From contig CAWFQB010000014.1 of assembly GCA_963817895.1 (NCBI GenBank), positions 160,001 to 224,000 on the forward strand: 64,000 bases of DNA, read 5' to 3'. Below the pieces are notes generated by a model. The model ran no database searches, had not been told where the DNA came from, and saw only the letters and a list, made by a program, of their open reading frames with translations. Every line of letters starts with the position of its first letter. The first letter of the stretch is position 1. Below are positions 52,080-62,252 of this stretch, one piece after another. Origin of the DNA: an uncultured Chthonomonadaceae bacterium (GTDB lineage Bacteria; Armatimonadota; Chthonomonadetes; Chthonomonadales; Chthonomonadaceae). The position numbers and the translations under genes were made by a program.

Positions 52080-52832
52080 GGGCGCAAGACGAAAACTCTC
52101 ACCGGGCGCGATGGCATGGATGGTCAGGCCAGCGATGTTCTGAGTATGGATTGCCAAGTTCTTCGGGTGTGCCGGTCAATGCCGGGAACGTGGCATAGTG
52201 GATGGGAAGCACATGCGATGACGCCGAGCAGTCGAATGGCATGAGACGCCTGCTTCGGCCCCATTGTAAACAGATCGCCAATGGGAAGCAGGGCGAGGGT
52301 GGGGGAGTACATCAGATTTCAGCAGCGCCATATCTCCGAACAAAGCCGTATCGCCCGCCGCGTAAACAGTAAAGTCGTCTTCCATGCGGAGAATGTACCC
52401 TGCCGGCTTCGCCGCCATAAACAACGGTTCCATCCTCTTCGGTGAAACTGGACGAGTGGATGGCCTGCGTCATGATAACTTCGATGCCTTCAATATTCTG
52501 GCTGCCGCCCTTACTCATGGGCCTGATGTTCTGCTGGATGTTGGGAATGTTTTTGGTTGCAAGCCAGTTGCAGGCCTCGAAAATGCCGACAACAAGCGCC
52601 TCCGGGTTGGCCGCGCAAATCGCTTCCACATCCCCGACATGATCGCTGTGGATATGGGTCATAAGAATGGCATCCAGTTTGCCCAGTGCTTCAGGCGATT
52701 TGTATTGTTCGGGACAGCGCGGGTTTCCGGTTGTCCAGGGGTCAATAAGCAGGCGCTTGCCGCCGGGTGTTTCGATCAGAACCGTGCTGTGTCCGAGATA
52801 GGTGAATTGCGTATATGTGGTGTTGTACTCAT
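52080..52832 (-). CDS. UPF0173 metal-dependent hydrolase, beta-lactamase fold (several frameshifts)
   Basis: 'YLGHST...LIDPW' (read from DNA), 'THIHSDHVGD', 'AIHSSS', 'AGDTALFGDM', 'LPIGDLFTMGP', 'PIHYATFP'. Confidence 0.88.
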
Positions 52833-53325
52833 AACGTGCTTATTTCTTTCTTGTTTGTCCAGAGGGCGCGTTCATAGGCTTTGATACGGAACCAGAGCAG
52901 CATCAGCGTCAGGGCGAAGGTGGCTCCAACAGTATCAATGAGTACATCGTGGATACTGCGGTTCGTCCGGGGACGAAACTCTGATGAAACTCGTCCAGAC
53001 AGGCGTAACCCGCGCACAGGGCAATCCCGCCGACGAACGCCTGCCATTTCAATTGCTCCTGCCCGAACTGTACGGCGCGGGCGGTAAGTAAGGCGAGTAT
53101 GGCGTATTCGGTGATATGGGCGCATTTACGGATGAGAAAGTTCGTTTTGCCGATGGCGTCCGCGTTGAGCGAGCTGGCTTGATCGGGCGTGAGCAGTTTG
53201 AGCAGCCGTATCAGGGCGTGAAGCGTGACCTGTTCGGCTCCCAATTGGGTTGACGCGAGAGAAATCACGATCAGCCAGATGACTACGGGAACAACATAGA
53301 AAAGGGCGCGGGCGCGTTGCGTCAT
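52829..53325 (-). CDS. VanZ family membrane protein (frameshift near 52955)
   Basis: 'IRKCAHITEYAIL', 'YACLDEFHQSFVPGR', 'DVLIDTVGA'. Confidence 0.88.
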
Positions 53326-55387
53326 GGCGTGGAACGCTCCCCTGTTTGCTGTTTGGGCCAGTGGCGTAGGGCGCGTCGGGGCAAACAACCGATTCTGTAA
53401 CTCCTTCGCGTCCTGCTGCTCCTGCGGCGATAAGCGACCTGCCGGGAGTGGCGACAGTTGATGATGCTCGTAGACCTCACCCGCTTTTCCTGTCAAACGA
53501 AGAATCTGATCGCCGCGCTGGACTTGAAGGGTCAGCATGGCATTGCGGGGCAGCGCGTGAATGACATCATGGAAATTGTCTGCGGAAACCGCGCGTCTAC
53601 GGGTTGCCCGTCTGCGTTCGCTACGATACGCAGCAATCGGTCACCCGCTTTGACGCCCATGCGGGCGGCGGCATGACCCGCTTCCACGACTATCAACCAC
53701 CGCGCCGGGCTGACCGCTGTTTTGCGATTCGGCAAGGCGGACGCCGAGGAACGGGGCGGTGTCGCGCTGCAATTGCAGACCGGCAGCGGCAAGCGCGACA
53801 TTCCAGTCTATCTCGTCCGTATTCTCAATCAGGCGCGCGTATTCCGCCCCTAAATCCTGTCCGGCAACGGCATTGATGGCGGCTGAAGGGCGTCTTCGGG
53901 GTACGCTAGATTGCGCGCGCCGTACAGCGTATCCAGACGCCGCATCACGTCATCCAAGACCGGCCTGATTGTGGGTCAGCGCGCGAAGGCGCAGGTCGAA
54001 GTAAAGGCCGACAAGACTGCCTTTCAGATAGTAACTCAGGCCGTCGTACCCTTCGCTGCCGCCCTCCCAGGCGCGGGTACTCGCGTCATGCAGGGTTACG
54101 CGAACGCGGGCAGGCGTGTGGTCCAACTGCTGAATACGATTGGTCATGTCGCGCCAGAACCATTCCCGCGTTTTCAGGCCGCTGCGAACCAGTAACAGTT
54201 GCGCGTAGTAATCGGTAACGCCCTCGGCAAACCAGAGCGAAGCAGTATGAACCTCCTGCGTATAATCAAAAGGGCCAAGTCCGCCGGGGCGCAGGCGCTT
54301 GACGTTCCAGGCGTGAAAAAATTCGTGCGCGGATGTAGTCAGAAAATCGTCGCTCAGTGCCGCTTCCCAAATCCGGTTCCCAGGTGAATTACGGTAGAAT
54401 TGTGGTGTTCCAGGCCGCCGAAGAAACCCGCGCCGCCGAGATGGTAGATAAAGTCATAGCGGGTAAAGGGCGCATTGCCGAAGACGGCGATGGCCGCATG
54501 GGTGATACGCCGCAGCGAATCGCGTATGCCCTCTTTGTTGCCTGTCTGCCTGCCAACGATAATGCACTGAAACTGTGCGCCGCTCTCCTGAAATTCAATG
54601 GTGTCGAATTTGCCCAATTGAATGGGGCAATCTATCATTTCATCGTAGGTACGCGGCTTGAAAGTAGAGTGGAGCGGATGCAGGCTGTCATCGTGATGCA
54701 ATCTCTTTTGGGGAAGCGGGTTCCAGCGGCGTGGCGATTTGCCAGCCGGTAGGAACTTCCAGCGACAGGGTACAGGGATTTTGAGTTTGGCCTACGGGAT
54801 ACATCAGGGCGGAGGCGCCGTTGACATAGCCGCGCTGATTCCGCATGTCCAGGCTGCTGCCGAAAAAGCCAAGCCCCGCATCGTTCGCGTCCACATCATA
54901 GGAAACGGATGATCGGCTGAACGGGCGCAGGAGACAGGGAAGAGGAATTCGACGCGCCATGAACGCGCAGAAGGGTGGGCAACGGTTACGGAGCGACCCT
55001 GCGCATCCTGAGCGCGGACGTTATGGATGCCCGATTCGTAGTGTAAAATCTGATAATATCCCGGCGTCCAGGCTGGAATGGCAAACTCCGATAGCTATCA
55101 TTGTTCAACCGGGGCGCGGTAATGGTGACATGAAGTTGCGCCGCATGATTAGCAGTTTGCGGCGTGGGTACAGAAAGCGTATAGCGAACAGGCTGTAGGG
55201 CAGCAGTATTTATGGCTTCCTGACGAACTGGCGCATTTTCAATGACACTTGCTTGCGACCAGGCGGATGCGGGCAGCAAATACAGGGCTATCAGCAGGCG
55301 CAGGAGACTAAGATGCAAACGCGGTTCGTCTTTCGTTGGTAAAGGTAAAATCTTTGCAAGGCGTGAGTTCCTTTTCGGTTGGTTCAC
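53322..55387 (-). CDS. M61 family metallopeptidase with C-terminal PDZ domain (heavily frameshifted)
   Basis: 'GGLEHHNS'; zinc motif 'HEFFHAWNVKRLRP' and 'WFAEGVTDYY' read from DNA near 54200-54330; 'SYYLKG'; PDZ 'AARMGVKAGD'. Confidence 0.88.
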
Positions 55388-55468
55388 AGGCTAATTCAAT
55401 TTTTCGCTCTTATTCTCCTGCCTGGACGATTTCTCTTATAGGCGGGTATGAAGCAGGAACGAGGACAA

Positions 55469-55519
55469 ATAGCCCTCAACCCCTACCCCCTTCTCCCAAA
55501 AAAGCCTGGGAGAAGGGGA
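55469..55519 (+). repeat. REP-like hairpin repeat
   Basis: atagccctcaacccctacccccttctcccaaaaaagcctgggagaagggga. Confidence 0.85.
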
Positions 55520-55538
55520 AGCCGGCACAGGAGTAGTC

Positions 55539-56135
55539 ATGGGATCGGACATACTGGAAGCGAAGTTAATAAGCAGGCTGGCGCCAATTCGGTTGTTGAC
55601 GATGGATGTGGACGGCGTGTTGACGGATGGAACGTTTTCTTATGATAATGAGGGCGGGGAATCAAAACGGTTTCATGTTGCGGATGGGCTGGGAATTGTG
55701 TTATTGAGAATGCAGCAGATCGAAGTGGCGTGGATTACCGGGCGGAAAAGCGCGATTGTAGCGCGGCGGGCGCAGGAGTTGGGCGTTGCAAACGTGGTTC
55801 AGGGAAGCTGTGACAAGCGCGTGGCACTGCATCATATTGCCAAATCGCTTGATATTCCTTTATCCGCAACGGCCTATATCGGGGATGATTGGAACGATCT
55901 GCCTGCGTTTGAGGTTGCGGGCATTCGGATTGCCGTCGCCAATGCCGTGAGGGAAGTTCGGGAGCGGGCGGATGTGGTGACGCGGCAATGCGGGGGGCAG
56001 GGGGCGGTTCGGGAGGTGTGCGAAATGCTGCTGGAAGCGCGGGGGGAACGGGAAGCGTGTTTACAAGCCTACTTGAAATCTCTGGAAGCGCCTGCCACAA
56101 ATGATACAACGGGAAACGAACAGATGGGGCAGTAG
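55539..56135 (+). CDS. kdsC: KDO 8-phosphate phosphatase (HAD family)
   Basis: 'MDVDGVLTDG', 'KRFHVADGLG', 'ITGR', 'YIGDDWND', 'GGQGAVREVCE'. Confidence 0.92.
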   Translation: MGSDILEAKLISRLAPIRLLTMDVDGVLTDGTFSYDNEGGESKRFHVADGLGIVLLRMQQIEVAWITGRKSAIVARRAQELGVANVVQGSCDKRVALHHIAKSLDIPLSATAYIGDDWNDLPAFEVAGIRIAVANAVREVRERADVVTRQCGGQGAVREVCEMLLEARGEREACLQAYLKSLEAPATNDTTGNEQMGQ

Positions 56136-56177
56136 TTGCAAATGCCTGTTGCGCCTGCGTGTAGGGTATACTGAACC

Positions 56178-57119
56178 GTGTTTACTCTCCTGCATACCAA
56201 CGATTTTCATAACCATCTAACTGCAACGCAGGCCGATATTCTGCGGCGTTTACGGCAGGCTGTCGGCGCGCAGGGTTTGCTTGTGGATGCCGGGGATGCA
56301 GTCGCGTCGGGCAATGTGACGTTTCGGCCCTGGGGCGAAACCATTCTCAAAACGATGAACCATATCGGTTATGACGCTATGACCGTCGGCAACCGGGAAT
56401 TTCATGTGTCGCGGGTTGGTTTTCATTGCAAAGTGGGGTTGGCGCAGTTTCCCATTTTGTGCGCCAATGTACGATCTTCTGGACGCGCAGGGGAGAGTAT
56501 AGAAAATGTTTCCGGTACGCCCGCTGAACTGGAAGCCTCTTTTGTCGAAAAAGGCAAGACAAACGCTGCCCCGCCCGCATGTTCGCATATCGTCCGAGAG
56601 TTGAAGGCCGAAAACGGCGCGACCCTCAAAGTTGTGGTTTTCGGGCTGACCGTGCCGATGGTGACAGAGCGAATGACGGCCCGCCATGCGTCCGCGTACC
56701 TCTTTGATCAGCCTATCACAACCGCGTTGAAAATGGTTCCACAATGGAAGGCCGCGTACCAGCCAGATTTGATGATCGCATTAACGCATATCGGCTATTC
56801 GCAGGATCGAAAACTGGCGGAAGCGGTTCCCAACATTGACCTTATTATCGGCGGTCATTCTCATACGCGCCTGCCCGAAGGTGAGCGCGTCGGGAAAACG
56901 TTGATTGTACAGACGGGATGTTTCGGGCATAATATCGGGCGCGTGGATGTGCGTCTTAATGATACACCGGCTAATCATACGCCGGATCGCTTTACGTTGC
57001 GCGCTGCCCTGATGGATTTGCCGAAGGTATCCAGCGAGGCGGAAATAGAAATGCAGATTGTTCGCTTTCGCGATTCTTTGAAGATCACTCCCATGCCGGA
57101 TACGGAAATGACGGTTTAA
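56178..57119 (+). CDS. Calcineurin-like metallophosphoesterase (5'-nucleotidase N-terminal domain only)
   Basis: 'LHTNDFH', 'DAGD', 'GNREF', 'LTHIG', 'IIGGHSH'. Confidence 0.88.
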   Translation: MFTLLHTNDFHNHLTATQADILRRLRQAVGAQGLLVDAGDAVASGNVTFRPWGETILKTMNHIGYDAMTVGNREFHVSRVGFHCKVGLAQFPILCANVRSSGRAGESIENVSGTPAELEASFVEKGKTNAAPPACSHIVRELKAENGATLKVVVFGLTVPMVTERMTARHASAYLFDQPITTALKMVPQWKAAYQPDLMIALTHIGYSQDRKLAEAVPNIDLIIGGHSHTRLPEGERVGKTLIVQTGCFGHNIGRVDVRLNDTPANHTPDRFTLRAALMDLPKVSSEAEIEMQIVRFRDSLKITPMPDTEMTV

Positions 57120-57121
57120 CA

Positions 57122-59494
57122 ATGGCCGCACTGCTGCTGATACTCTTATTTGGCGCAATTGCCGCGACTTTTGGCCGAACGCTGCTGGATCGCATGGGAT
57201 TGCCCGCCCTGCATGCCCTGGAACGACTGGCGTACGCCGCCGCGCTCGGATTGGGCATTGCGGCGTATGGCGTGTACGCGCTTGGGCTTGCCGGGCTGCT
57301 GTCTTTCGTGCCGGTTACAGTATGGTGGCTGCTGCTGACGCTGGCAGGCTTGCCGGGACTGCGTTCGTATGGACGAGATTTCCGATTATGGCGCGACAGG
57401 CGTTCAGGAACCTCAACCCTATCGAGAAGTCTGGTCACTGATAGCAATGTAAACACGCTTTCTGATGCCTCCACGCAGCCGGCTTCTCTGTTGCAATCCA
57501 GCGTGAGCGTGGAACACGGCCTGATTGTCGCGTGTGGCCTTGTCCTGCTAATCTTCGGCTCTATTGCGGTTCTCGCCTGCTTTCGGCCACCCGGCCCACT
57601 GGAATGGGACGCGCTGGCCTATCACCTTGCCGACCCCAAACTGTTCCTGCTACAGCATCGTATCCCCAATCTGCCCACCGAGCATCACAGCAATTTTCCG
57701 TTTACGATGGAGATGCTGTTCACCGTTGGACTGTTATACAATGGGTACGCGCTTGCGAACCTGTTTCATCTGCTTATGGCCGCGCTCACGCTGGCAGGAA
57801 TGATCGGCTTTTGCTCCCGAACATTGCGTCCCGTCGTAGGCTGGTTGAGCGCGGTTATATTTTTCACGACGCCGATGGTATTGTGGGAAAGCAGTGTCGC
57901 CTACATTGATGTCGGCCTCGCCTGTTTCACCACGCTGTCCGCTTTTGCCGCTGTTTCCGCGTCAGGAGAAGAAAAGGAGAAAAGGAGAAAAGGAGAAAAG
58001 GAGAAGAGGAGATACGAGATACGAGAAGGGGAGCCTTCATCCTTCATCCTTCATCCTTCATCCTTTCTCATGCTCTCCGGCTTGCTCATGGGCTTTGCGC
58101 TGGGGATGAAGTATCTTGCGCTGGTTCCGTTCGGGCTGACGGTGTTACTGCTGTTGTTGGCGCGGGTTCCGGCGCGACGAGTGTTGTTGTTTGTGGCTGT
58201 GGCGGCCCTTGTGGGTTCGCCCTGGTACATCAAGAACGCGGTTGTGATGGGCAATCCCGTGTACCCGTTCGTGACCAAAGTATTTCCGCATAGCCGCTAC
58301 TGGAGCGCGGACAGGGCTGCCGCGTATCAGACGGAGCAGGACAAGTTTGGAACCAAACCGCTGTCAACCGACGTTCGCGGCAAACTGCTAAATCTGATGC
58401 AGGCTCCCTGGCATCTGCTCACCCGGCCCAATCCCTGGCTGCTGCTGTCGCATCCTGAGTTGAAAACAAACGTTTTATACTGCAATCCGGGGGAATTCAA
58501 CTTTGCGGCTATTTTCGGCGGATTGTACGCCGCGCTCGTGTTGCCGCTGGCCTTTGTCCGCCGGGTTTCTCCCTCTGTTCGCTTTCTGTTGTGGCTTGGC
58601 GCGGGGCAGATGTGCGCGTGGTTTGTGTTGTCGCAGGTGGGGCGGTATCTGATACAGGTCATGCCGCTGTTCGCCATTGCGGGCGCGTATGCCGCGTGGC
58701 GACTGGCTTTACCTGCAACGGTCAATGAGGAGGAACAGCGCGGCGATGCGCGGGGCATTACGTTCAAGCCGTTCCGCGTTGCGCAGTTGCCCGGATTGTT
58801 GGGTGTTGGCGCGATTTTCGGGCAGGCGCTGTATGTCCTGCTTTCCGTTTGTACTCTGCCGATGAACGCTACCGGACAGGAGCGCGTGAAACTTGCCGCG
58901 CTTGGACAAATGACTTCCAGCGTTTCGGTTCCGGCGTTAGTGGCGAACCTGGGGCAGACGGAGGCGTGGCAGGCCGACCTGCGCCGCCGCTTCGATGCGT
59001 ACAAAGCCATCGAATGGATCAATCAGAACACGCCCCAAAACGCCGGGATCGCGCTTGTGGATGAAACGCGCGGGTTTTATCTGGATCGTCCGTATCTATG
59101 GGCCAATCAGCAGCACTCGTCCTATATTCCTTACGAAACGCTGCAAAACGGCGTGGAATTGTCGAACTGGTTCCGCGCGCATGGCATCCGGTACGTGCTT
59201 GTCAATCTGAACCTTGCTGCGCAAAATAACGGCGCGACTCGCGACGCCCGATTTCCCGATGGCCCGAACCATGTGGAAGAGGACGCGCTCAACAAGTGGT
59301 ACGGGGAGGAGATGGCGCAGGGTTCTTCGGCAGACAGGGGACACCAACTGATGGGGGATGCGATCAAGCGCAGTTTGTGGCCGACGGCTTTTGAGGCGAA
59401 TGGCTGCATTGTGCTGCAAATCAATCTCGTTGGGGAGAAACCTTCGTCGGAGAGTAGAACAGGGGGGCAGAATGAGCCGTTCGCCACGCCGTAA
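57122..59494 (+). CDS. GT-C (ArnT/PMT-like) membrane glycosyltransferase
   Basis: Many TM segments; 'WDALAYHL', 'AYIDVG', 'GMKY', 'PWYIKN...GNPVYPF', 'RYL'. Confidence 0.75.
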   Translation: MAALLLILLFGAIAATFGRTLLDRMGLPALHALERLAYAAALGLGIAAYGVYALGLAGLLSFVPVTVWWLLLTLAGLPGLRSYGRDFRLWRDRRSGTSTLSRSLVTDSNVNTLSDASTQPASLLQSSVSVEHGLIVACGLVLLIFGSIAVLACFRPPGPLEWDALAYHLADPKLFLLQHRIPNLPTEHHSNFPFTMEMLFTVGLLYNGYALANLFHLLMAALTLAGMIGFCSRTLRPVVGWLSAVIFFTTPMVLWESSVAYIDVGLACFTTLSAFAAVSASGEEKEKRRKGEKEKRRYEIREGEPSSFILHPSSFLMLSGLLMGFALGMKYLALVPFGLTVLLLLLARVPARRVLLFVAVAALVGSPWYIKNAVVMGNPVYPFVTKVFPHSRYWSADRAAAYQTEQDKFGTKPLSTDVRGKLLNLMQAPWHLLTRPNPWLLLSHPELKTNVLYCNPGEFNFAAIFGGLYAALVLPLAFVRRVSPSVRFLLWLGAGQMCAWFVLSQVGRYLIQVMPLFAIAGAYAAWRLALPATVNEEEQRGDARGITFKPFRVAQLPGLLGVGAIFGQALYVLLSVCTLPMNATGQERVKLAALGQMTSSVSVPALVANLGQTEAWQADLRRRFDAYKAIEWINQNTPQNAGIALVDETRGFYLDRPYLWANQQHSSYIPYETLQNGVELSNWFRAHGIRYVLVNLNLAAQNNGATRDARFPDGPNHVEEDALNKWYGEEMAQGSSADRGHQLMGDAIKRSLWPTAFEANGCIVLQINLVGEKPSSESRTGGQNEPFATP

Positions 59495-60812
59495 ACCGCT
59501 TCTCAGCGAACCCGGCCCGCCCATGTCTCCGCTTCCCCCCGCGCCGCAACTGCCGCCCGGTTTGTGGAGGGGCGCGATGGCGGTTCTGCTGGCCCTGTAT
59601 TTGCTGCTGGCCGGTCTTCATGCCAGTTGGGTTCCCACAGGCGAGACGGCGTATCAGAACGCGCCAGATGAGGCCGCGCACGTCCGCTATGTTCGCAGTT
59701 TGGCGTCCGGGCAGTTGCCCTCGCGGGCGTCCGCCGCTCTGGATAAAAGCGGCAAGAACTACGAATGGCATCAGCCGCCTTTATATTATGCGTGGGCAAC
59801 GCTGTTTTCGCCGTTGGGCGAGAAGGGGTTGCGGCTTGCGTCCATTCTGTTGGGATTGGTTGCCATCAGTTTAATATATGCGACCGTTCGGCTGATTTTT
59901 CCCGACGAGCCTATACTGGCGATTGTATCGGCGGGGTTTGCCGCGCTGCTGCCCACGCACATCGCCATTCTATCCACCGTCAATAATGATATATTGCTGG
60001 AAGTGTGGTTCAGCCTGTGTTTGTGGCTGCTGGCGCAATGCCTGCTGCGCGGTTTCTCCCTGTGGCGGGCGGGCTGGCTTGGCGTAATATTGGGACTGGC
60101 GTTGCTGACAAAAGTATCCGCGCTGCTTCTCGTTCCCGTCGCGTTGTTTGCCCTGTTGTTGATGTGGCGAGGCGGGGAATCGCCCCTCAATTTAGCGCGG
60201 GGGTTGGCATGGACACTAACGCTCATGCTGCTATTAAGCGGATGGTGGATGGTTCGTAATCAGCAGTTATATGGCGAACTGCTGCCATTAAAAGTTTTTA
60301 ATCAAGCGTTCGGGGGTACGGCTCAAGCGTCTAATTTTATCGGACGTTTTGGCGTGGGGCGTTACACAGAGGACGTTATCTACAACTCTTTTCTCAGTTT
60401 TTGGGCTGTGTACGGAAATAAAGACTCTGTCGCGCATTTCGGCTTACCGAAGTTTTTACCCGAAGAAATTTATATTTTGCCCCTGATTCTCGCACTTGGG
60501 GCCGGGGCAGGCATGACTCGCCTCCACTTCATTCGTAAAACCGCCTTTACCGAGTCGCAATTACGGTTTCTTTGGATATTGATGCTGACGTTCTTGCTTG
60601 TAGGGGGCGCGTTTGCTCTGTTTTTGACCAAATACTATCAGACGCAGGGCCGCTATCTGTACCCGGCCATGCTGCCAATCAGCGTGATGGTAACAATGGG
60701 CTGGCTGGCATTATTTCCCGCAAAATACAAACCTCATGCGGGCTTGATTCTCTTAGTTATTGTAGGAATCCTCGCGCTTCTGTTTATCATCAGCGTTCAG
60801 GCCACAGTGTAG
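59472..60812 (+). CDS. GT-C (GT39/DUF2142-like) membrane glycosyltransferase
   Basis: 'APDEAAH', 'YEWHQPPLYY', 'VNND', 'LALLTK', 'QGRYLYP'. Confidence 0.78.
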   Translation: MSRSPRRKPLLSEPGPPMSPLPPAPQLPPGLWRGAMAVLLALYLLLAGLHASWVPTGETAYQNAPDEAAHVRYVRSLASGQLPSRASAALDKSGKNYEWHQPPLYYAWATLFSPLGEKGLRLASILLGLVAISLIYATVRLIFPDEPILAIVSAGFAALLPTHIAILSTVNNDILLEVWFSLCLWLLAQCLLRGFSLWRAGWLGVILGLALLTKVSALLLVPVALFALLLMWRGGESPLNLARGLAWTLTLMLLLSGWWMVRNQQLYGELLPLKVFNQAFGGTAQASNFIGRFGVGRYTEDVIYNSFLSFWAVYGNKDSVAHFGLPKFLPEEIYILPLILALGAGAGMTRLHFIRKTAFTESQLRFLWILMLTFLLVGGAFALFLTKYYQTQGRYLYPAMLPISVMVTMGWLALFPAKYKPHAGLILLVIVGILALLFIISVQATV

Positions 60813-60938
60813 CAAAGTATGAGGGATGAAGGATGAAGGCTGAAACAATGCCTGCATCTATTGTACTTTTGCCTGTGCAGCAAAATCAGGTAGAAACGGA
60901 GTTTTTCATCCTTCATCCTTCATCCTTCATACTTTGCT
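60811..60938. repeat. Inverted-repeat element made of GATGAAG/CTTCATC heptamers
   Basis: 35-bp arms 60811-60845 and 60904-60938 (2 mismatches). Confidence 0.9.
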
Positions 60939-61033
60939 TACGGGAACTGTTTGGCGGTGTTCTGCGTTTGAACGGGTATAGATTTGCGAAAAATTTTATG
61001 ACAGTCTGATATTTGGTAGGGTAGGGGACAGGT

Positions 61034-61876
61034 ATGAGCGACGCTGAAGACAATATTCCTGAAGGGGGCTTGCATCAGGAAACAGAGGACGATAATCCTG
61101 ATCTGGAAGATATTCAGGAACTGCTCGACATGGGCTACGAGCAACTGGATGCGTTCCGGGAGTGGGTAGATACCCGTTTGGAACTCGGTTCTCGTATCGC
61201 GGAGCAGGATTGTTTCAACGCCGAATTTCTGATTGATTACCTCGCCAATCAGCACCGTAAAAGCGCGGCCAACATCAACGAGTTTGAACTGCGCTGGTTT
61301 CTGTTCAGCCACTACATACGCAAGGCGGCGGCGGAAGAGGAGATTGAGGAGCGATTGCCCGAATCCCTGCAACGCTTTTTCGGCTTTCTGCGCAGGGAAC
61401 ACCGCGAACTGACGCCGGAATGGGTAGAGGCCGTCCTTGATGATACCGCTTTTTACGCCAAGCGACGGCGCGATTACGCGCTACTTGATATTGAGGATGA
61501 GAGGGCGTGGGAGACAGGTTTCCGCGCGTGGTGCGAGGAACTGGAAGACGATCTGGATACGCGCTGTTTGTGGCTGCCGCGTGAAATCGGCGATGGTTTG
61601 GAATGGTCGGAAGTGATGGGCTGGCGCGAAGCCACGCTGTTTCAGGAGGCCAATGGCAACTGGCAGCGTGAACGGGAGCGGCTGTTACGCAATGGTCTTG
61701 ATTACGAGGCGGCGCGTACCCAACTGCTCGACACCTACGAGGCTTGGATGGACACGCCGCAGGCGCGGCTGGATGATGAAACGCCTCGTGAAGTTGTTAT
61801 CGCGGAACGGCTGGAAATTGAGGAAGAGCAGGACGAAACCGACTCCGGGGATGCGCGTCAGGGTGACGACTTTTAG
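61034..61876 (+). CDS. Acidic hypothetical protein
   Basis: Intact 280-aa D/E-rich ORF with a plausible RBS. Confidence 0.8.
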   Translation: MSDAEDNIPEGGLHQETEDDNPDLEDIQELLDMGYEQLDAFREWVDTRLELGSRIAEQDCFNAEFLIDYLANQHRKSAANINEFELRWFLFSHYIRKAAAEEEIEERLPESLQRFFGFLRREHRELTPEWVEAVLDDTAFYAKRRRDYALLDIEDERAWETGFRAWCEELEDDLDTRCLWLPREIGDGLEWSEVMGWREATLFQEANGNWQRERERLLRNGLDYEAARTQLLDTYEAWMDTPQARLDDETPREVVIAERLEIEEEQDETDSGDARQGDDF

Positions 61877-61895
61877 CGTGGGCGATGTGTTGTAT

Positions 61896-61923
61896 GCAGG
61901 GACATAACATGTTATGACCCTGC
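61896..61923. repeat. REP-like palindrome
   Basis: gcagggacataacatgttatgaccctgc (one mismatch). Confidence 0.6.
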
Positions 61924-61987
61924 GAACGTGAAACTTGGCATTCCAGCAAAATAAAATGGGTAATCCGCTCATATTGCGTTATATCTC

Positions 61988-62016
61988 TTGACACTGATGA
62001 AATAATGCGCTATAAT
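61988..62016 (+). promoter_or_regulatory. Consensus sigma70 promoter upstream of guaA
   Basis: Perfect TTGACA-17-TATAAT. Confidence 0.85.
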
Positions 62017-62252
62017 GGAGGAGAATTCAGGCGGGTTCCCGCTTGAGCCTCCGCGTTTGCCCACAGGCCATTGTCGCCCCAACTCTTTCATTTGGTTTAG
62101 CTCTGGCATGTTCGCTCTTCCCTGACGTGGCATCGTCTATTTTTCCCGATAGTTCAGCAGGTTTGCTGCCTTTCCGTTTGTAGTCTCGTTGTCATTGCGC
62201 CGCAATTTGTTTGTCGGCGTCGTATTCTCTTCTCAATCTCTTCTAATAACCG

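Noticed and set aside
52909..53538. Apparent PDZ-VanZ fusion
   Set aside because: The N-terminal part is the frameshifted end of the M61 peptidase; VanZ starts at ATG 53325.
13470..55387. Selenocysteine read-through or programmed frameshifting as the cause of broken ORFs
   Set aside because: The breaks I examined are frame changes rather than in-frame TGA at Cys positions, and they share no slippery motif.
60337..60349. Third copy of TTATCGGACGTTT
   Set aside because: It lies inside a CDS with none of the accompanying palindromes; probably chance.
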